Below, piece after piece: positions 60,498 through 64,000 of a stretch of 64,000 nucleotides of DNA. The notes beneath the pieces were generated by a model. It saw only the letters and a list, made by a program, of their open reading frames with translations. It was not told the origin of the DNA and did no database searches. Made by a program: the position numbers and the translations under genes. The number at the start of each line of letters is the position of its first letter. Position 1 is the stretch's first letter. This stretch comes from Alphaproteobacteria bacterium (GTDB taxonomy: Bacteria > Pseudomonadota > Alphaproteobacteria > CALKHQ01): positions 960,001-1,024,000 of the forward strand of contig CBDDFZ010000002.1 in NCBI GenBank assembly GCA_965227515.1, given 5' to 3'.

Positions 60498-61664
60498 ATG
60501 CCGGAATACCGGCGCCGCGCCGCCGATCGGGTGGCGCAAGCGGCGGCATGGATGACCATCGTGGCGCTGATTATCGTGCTGCTGATCGTGGGCCGCGATT
60601 TCCTGATCCCGCTCGCGATCTCGCTGATCGTCTGGTACCTGATCAATGCAATCGGGCGCGGTGTCAGCAAGGTTCCGTTGGGTCAGCACAAGCTGCCGCA
60701 GTGGCTGGCGCTGGGCATCGGTTGCGTTGTGCTGATCCTGTTTTTCATCTTCATCGGCAATCTGATCGCGAGCAACATTGCCGCGGTGACCGAGGCGGCG
60801 CCGACCTACCAGGCCAACATCCAGGCGCTGTTGGGCTCGGCCCTGGCCTGGTTCGGCATGTCGGAACTGCCGACGCTGCAATCCATCCTGCAGCGCATCA
60901 ATGTCGGCGGGCTGATCTCCAGCCTGGCGGGCACCGCCAGCTCGTTCATCGCCGATGCGGGCCTTGTGCTGGCCTATGTGGCGTTCCTGCTGTTCGAGCA
61001 GGCGATGTTCAGCCGCAAGCTGACGCTGATCCTGCGCAACGACGAACGCGACGCCCGGGTGCGCGAGGTGCTGGCCAAGGTCAACCACGAGATCCAGACC
61101 TACATCTGGATCAAGACGGTCACCAGCGCCATCGTCGGCGGCATCAGCTATGCCGTGCTGGTGTGGGTCGGCGTGGACTACGCCGCCTTCTGGGGCTTCC
61201 TGATTTTCCTGCTGAACTACATCCCCACCATCGGCTCGCTGTTGGGCATTCTGTTCCCGGCGCTGCTGACGATCCTGCAGTTCGCCACGCTGGAGGCGTT
61301 CCTGCTGGTGACCATTCCACTGGCGGTGACCCAGATCGTGGTCGGCAACGTCGTCGAGCCGAAGATGATGGGCAAGTCGCTGAACCTCAGCGCGATGGTG
61401 GTGATGGTGTCGCTGGTGGTGTGGGGCGCGATCTGGGGCGTGGCCGGCGCGCTGTTGTGCGTGCCGATCACCGTCATGTTCATGATTATCTGCAGCTACA
61501 TTCCCTCGTTCCGCCCGATCGCGATCATCCTGTCGAACGACGGCGAGCTTTCGGCCGGGCCGGTACAGCAGTCGACGGCTCTGGAGCCGGACAATCCGGG
61601 CGGCGTGGAGGACGAGGAAAACCCGATCGTGCGCGAAGAAGGACCCGACAAGAGCGCGCCCTAG
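60498..61664 (+). CDS. AI-2E family transporter
   Basis: LIPLAIS, YIWIKT, FLLNYIPTIGS, GNVVEPKMMG..LNLS, WG.IWGVAG. Confidence 0.9.
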   Translation: MPEYRRRAADRVAQAAAWMTIVALIIVLLIVGRDFLIPLAISLIVWYLINAIGRGVSKVPLGQHKLPQWLALGIGCVVLILFFIFIGNLIASNIAAVTEAAPTYQANIQALLGSALAWFGMSELPTLQSILQRINVGGLISSLAGTASSFIADAGLVLAYVAFLLFEQAMFSRKLTLILRNDERDARVREVLAKVNHEIQTYIWIKTVTSAIVGGISYAVLVWVGVDYAAFWGFLIFLLNYIPTIGSLLGILFPALLTILQFATLEAFLLVTIPLAVTQIVVGNVVEPKMMGKSLNLSAMVVMVSLVVWGAIWGVAGALLCVPITVMFMIICSYIPSFRPIAIILSNDGELSAGPVQQSTALEPDNPGGVEDEENPIVREEGPDKSAP

Positions 61665-61690
61665 CTAGACAACCAACAGCGCCGAACGCT

Positions 61691-62818
61691 TCAGCTCGTC
61701 AGCTTGCCCATTTCGCGCAGGATGGCGTCGCCCATCACGTTGGTCGACACCCGGGCCATGCCGGGCTGCATGATGTCCGCCGTGCGCACGCCGGTCGACA
61801 ACACGTTCTCGATGGCGCGTTCGATCAGGTCGGCGTCGTCGTCCAGGTCGAACGAGTAGCGCAGCGCCATCGCGAAGCTCAGCATCATGGCGACCGGATT
61901 GGCCACACCCTTGCCGGCGATATCGGGTGCCGAGCCGTGCACCGGCTCATAGAGCGCCAGGCGGCGGCCGTCCGCATCCGGTGCGCCAAGCGAGGCCGAC
62001 GGCAGCATGCCCAGCGAGCCGGTTAGCATTGCCGCGCAGTCGGACAGCAGATCGCCGAACAGATTGTCGGTGACAATGACGTCGAATTGCTTCGGCTGGC
62101 GCACCAACTGCATCGCGCAGTTGTCGGCGTACATATGCTCCAGCTCGATGTCGGCGTACTCGGCCGCGTGCAGCGCCGTCACGGTCTCGCGCCACAACAG
62201 GCCGCTTTCCATCACGTTGGCCTTTTCGACCGACGTCACCTTGTTGTTGCGGCGCTCCGCCAGCTCGAACGCCACCGCGGCGATGCGCTCGATCTCCGGC
62301 GTGGTGTAGACCTGGGTGTTGACGCCCCGCTTGGTGCCGTCGGGCAGTTCCTCGATACCGCGCGGCTCGCCGAAATAGACGCCGCCGGTCAGTTCGCGCA
62401 CGATCATGATGTCCAGGCCGCGCACCAGTTCGGGCTTCAGGCTCGATGCCTCGACCAGCGCGTCGAACACCAGCGCGGGCCGCAGGTTGGCGAACAGCTC
62501 CATTTCGCTGCGCAGGCGCAACAGGCCGCGCTCGGGCTGATTGTGGAACGGCTGGTCCGCCCATTTCGGGCCACCGACCGCGCCGAACAGAACGGCGTCG
62601 GCCTGAAGCGCATCGGCCATGGTTTCGTCGGTGACCGGGCTGCCATAGCGGTCGATCGCGGCGCCGCCGACCAGGCCTTCCTTGATGCTAAAATTGACAG
62701 TGCTGTACTTCGCCAGCCAGTCAATGACGCGCGTTACCTCGCGCATGGTCTCTGGTCCGATACCGTCGCCAGGCAGCATGAGCAGGGTCTTCTCGTTGCT
62801 CAGGCTCGTCTCGCTCAT
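61691..62818 (-). CDS. leuB: 3-isopropylmalate dehydrogenase
   Basis: [58 protein letters not shown]. Confidence 0.97.
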   Translation of the reverse strand: MSETSLSNEKTLLMLPGDGIGPETMREVTRVIDWLAKYSTVNFSIKEGLVGGAAIDRYGSPVTDETMADALQADAVLFGAVGGPKWADQPFHNQPERGLLRLRSEMELFANLRPALVFDALVEASSLKPELVRGLDIMIVRELTGGVYFGEPRGIEELPDGTKRGVNTQVYTTPEIERIAAVAFELAERRNNKVTSVEKANVMESGLLWRETVTALHAAEYADIELEHMYADNCAMQLVRQPKQFDVIVTDNLFGDLLSDCAAMLTGSLGMLPSASLGAPDADGRRLALYEPVHGSAPDIAGKGVANPVAMMLSFAMALRYSFDLDDDADLIERAIENVLSTGVRTADIMQPGMARVSTNVMGDAILREMGKLTS

Positions 62819-62951
62819 GGAACTCTGGTCCTTTCTGCTGGCAAGGCTGGTCGGTCACATCCCCTTCGTGGGGCTACACAGGGCCAACTACCGCGAACGC
62901 GCAACGCTTTGCTGCGACCTCATCGCGCGCGGCCAGGCCTTCGATCGTGCA

Positions 62952-63095
62952 ATACGCCACGGCGGGTGCGTATGACCGTAACGGGGATCGGAACGACGGC
63001 ATTGCCGCCGTCAAACCGGACTTTGGAACATCTTGAAACACACACCACGCCCCTGTCCCGGCAGGCGTCTCTCGTTTCAAGAATGATTCCAACAT
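62952..63095. ncRNA. Candidate structured RNA in the leuD-leuB spacer
   Basis: 70-nt interrupted hairpin 63023-63092 plus two short hairpins (62952-62973, 62995-63012); no convincing ORF. Confidence 0.3.
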
Positions 63096-63201
63096 AGCAC
63101 GTCACTCGACGACGCAAAGGACTATTATCACGGGTTCGTGAACATTAGTATCCGGACGGTGCGCGGGACGCAAAACCACGTCCGTCCAATTCACCGAAGT
63201 C

Positions 63202-63831
63202 TTATGCCTGGGCGGTCTGTGCGCTGTGCAGCCAGGAACGCGACAACCGGTCTCGCTCCTCGAATGTAGCGATATCCTCGTCGTGCTCAAGGGTCAGGCC
63301 GATGTCGTCCAGCCCGTTGAGCAGGCAGTGCTTGCGGAACTCATCGATCTCGAAATGCACGATCGGCCCGTTTGGCCGGCGTATGGTCTGCTCGACCAGG
63401 TCGACCGTCAGCTCCGGGTTCTCCTCGTCCCGCGCATCGCCCATCAACAGGTCGACCGTCTCGCGCGGCAGCTTGATCGGCAGCACGCCGTTCTTGAAGC
63501 AGTTGTTGTAGAAGATGTCGGCGAAATCGGGCGCGATGACGCAGCGGATGCCGAAGTCCAGAAGCGCCCATGGCGCATGCTCGCGCGAAGAGCCGCAGCC
63601 GAAATTGTCGCCGGCGACGATGATCTCGGCGTTCTTGTACGGCCCGCGGTCGAGCACGAACTCACCGGTATTGACGCCGTTCTGATCGGTGCGCAACTCG
63701 TGGAACAGGCCCTTGGCAAGGCCCGTGCGCGCCACCGTCTTCAGGAACTGCTTCGGGATGATCATGTCGGTATCGACATTGTCCATCGGCAGCGGCGCGG
63801 CGACGCCGGTCAGTTTCGTGAAGGCTTTCAT
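63202..63831 (-). CDS. leuD: 3-isopropylmalate dehydratase small subunit
   Basis: [53 protein letters not shown]. Confidence 0.97.
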   Translation of the reverse strand: MKAFTKLTGVAAPLPMDNVDTDMIIPKQFLKTVARTGLAKGLFHELRTDQNGVNTGEFVLDRGPYKNAEIIVAGDNFGCGSSREHAPWALLDFGIRCVIAPDFADIFYNNCFKNGVLPIKLPRETVDLLMGDARDEENPELTVDLVEQTIRRPNGPIVHFEIDEFRKHCLLNGLDDIGLTLEHDEDIATFEERDRLSRSWLHSAQTAQA

Positions 63832-63844
63832 CGGTCTCGTCCGG

Positions 63845-64000
63845 TCAGTGTTTCTTCTTCAGGGCGATCAGGGCGGCAAGGTCGCGCATCAGGCTGTCAT
63901 GCGCGGGCGGCGTCTGCCGGCCCTGGACGGTGCTCGCCGGGTCGATGCGGCGCAGCCGGCCCGATCCGTCGCGCACAGCCATCAGACGCCCGGGCGACTG
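63845..64000 (-). CDS. Probable 3' end of a hypothetical gene upstream of leuD (truncated by the window edge)
   Basis: Open minus-strand frame ...[16 protein letters not shown]...[15 protein letters not shown] ending 13 nt before leuD. Confidence 0.4.
   Translation of the reverse strand, partial: QSPGRLMAVRDGSGRLRRIDPASTVQGRQTPPAHDSLMRDLAALIALKKKH

Noticed and set aside
59147-62026. 959-aa plus-strand ORF and other long Arg/Ala/Gly-rich ORFs (e.g. 1303-3132, 9722-11761, 22870-24975, 38260-40242, 57186-59339)
   Set aside because: Shadow or alternative-frame ORFs over well-supported genes, as expected at high GC; no protein motifs

Overview
High-GC chromosomal window from an alphaproteobacterium, probably Rhodospirillales-like (inferred from gene content and REP families; many exported proteins are strongly acidic). 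Housekeeping and metabolic genes include methionine gamma-lyase, phhB, zapE, kynU, oxyR-katG with a well-matching OxyR site, rnpB (RNase P RNA), an M17 aminopeptidase, a ketopantoate reductase-family gene, purH, a capD-like dehydratase, wzc, ugd, leuB and leuD. These are interleaved with uncharacterised exported proteins and at least five families of intergenic palindromic REP/REPIN-like elements. I found no transposase, integrase, CRISPR array, tRNA or rRNA. The best candidates for undescribed systems are: (1) an operon of a Lys-retaining cytochrome P460-family protein with a Cys-rich PCSPCNPC arm, a His-rich DUF6969-like protein and a non-catalytic FGE-fold protein (32032-34569); (2) a divergent gene for an RTX-type protein with six calcium-blade repeats and a His-rich N-terminus, behind Fur-type boxes (29622-31805); (3) a copper island with twin CueR promoters, a CutF/CruR-like polyproline-tailed leader and three cytochromes around a multicopper oxidase (47414-54506); (4) a Crp/Fnr regulator with a variant recognition helix facing a His/Met-rich periplasmic protein across an ATGAT-N4-ATCAT box (54478-55725); (5) an isomerase, PfkB kinase and SelA-like PLP enzyme sugar pathway (42718-45872). 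All family names come from motif recognition by eye; no database searches were run.
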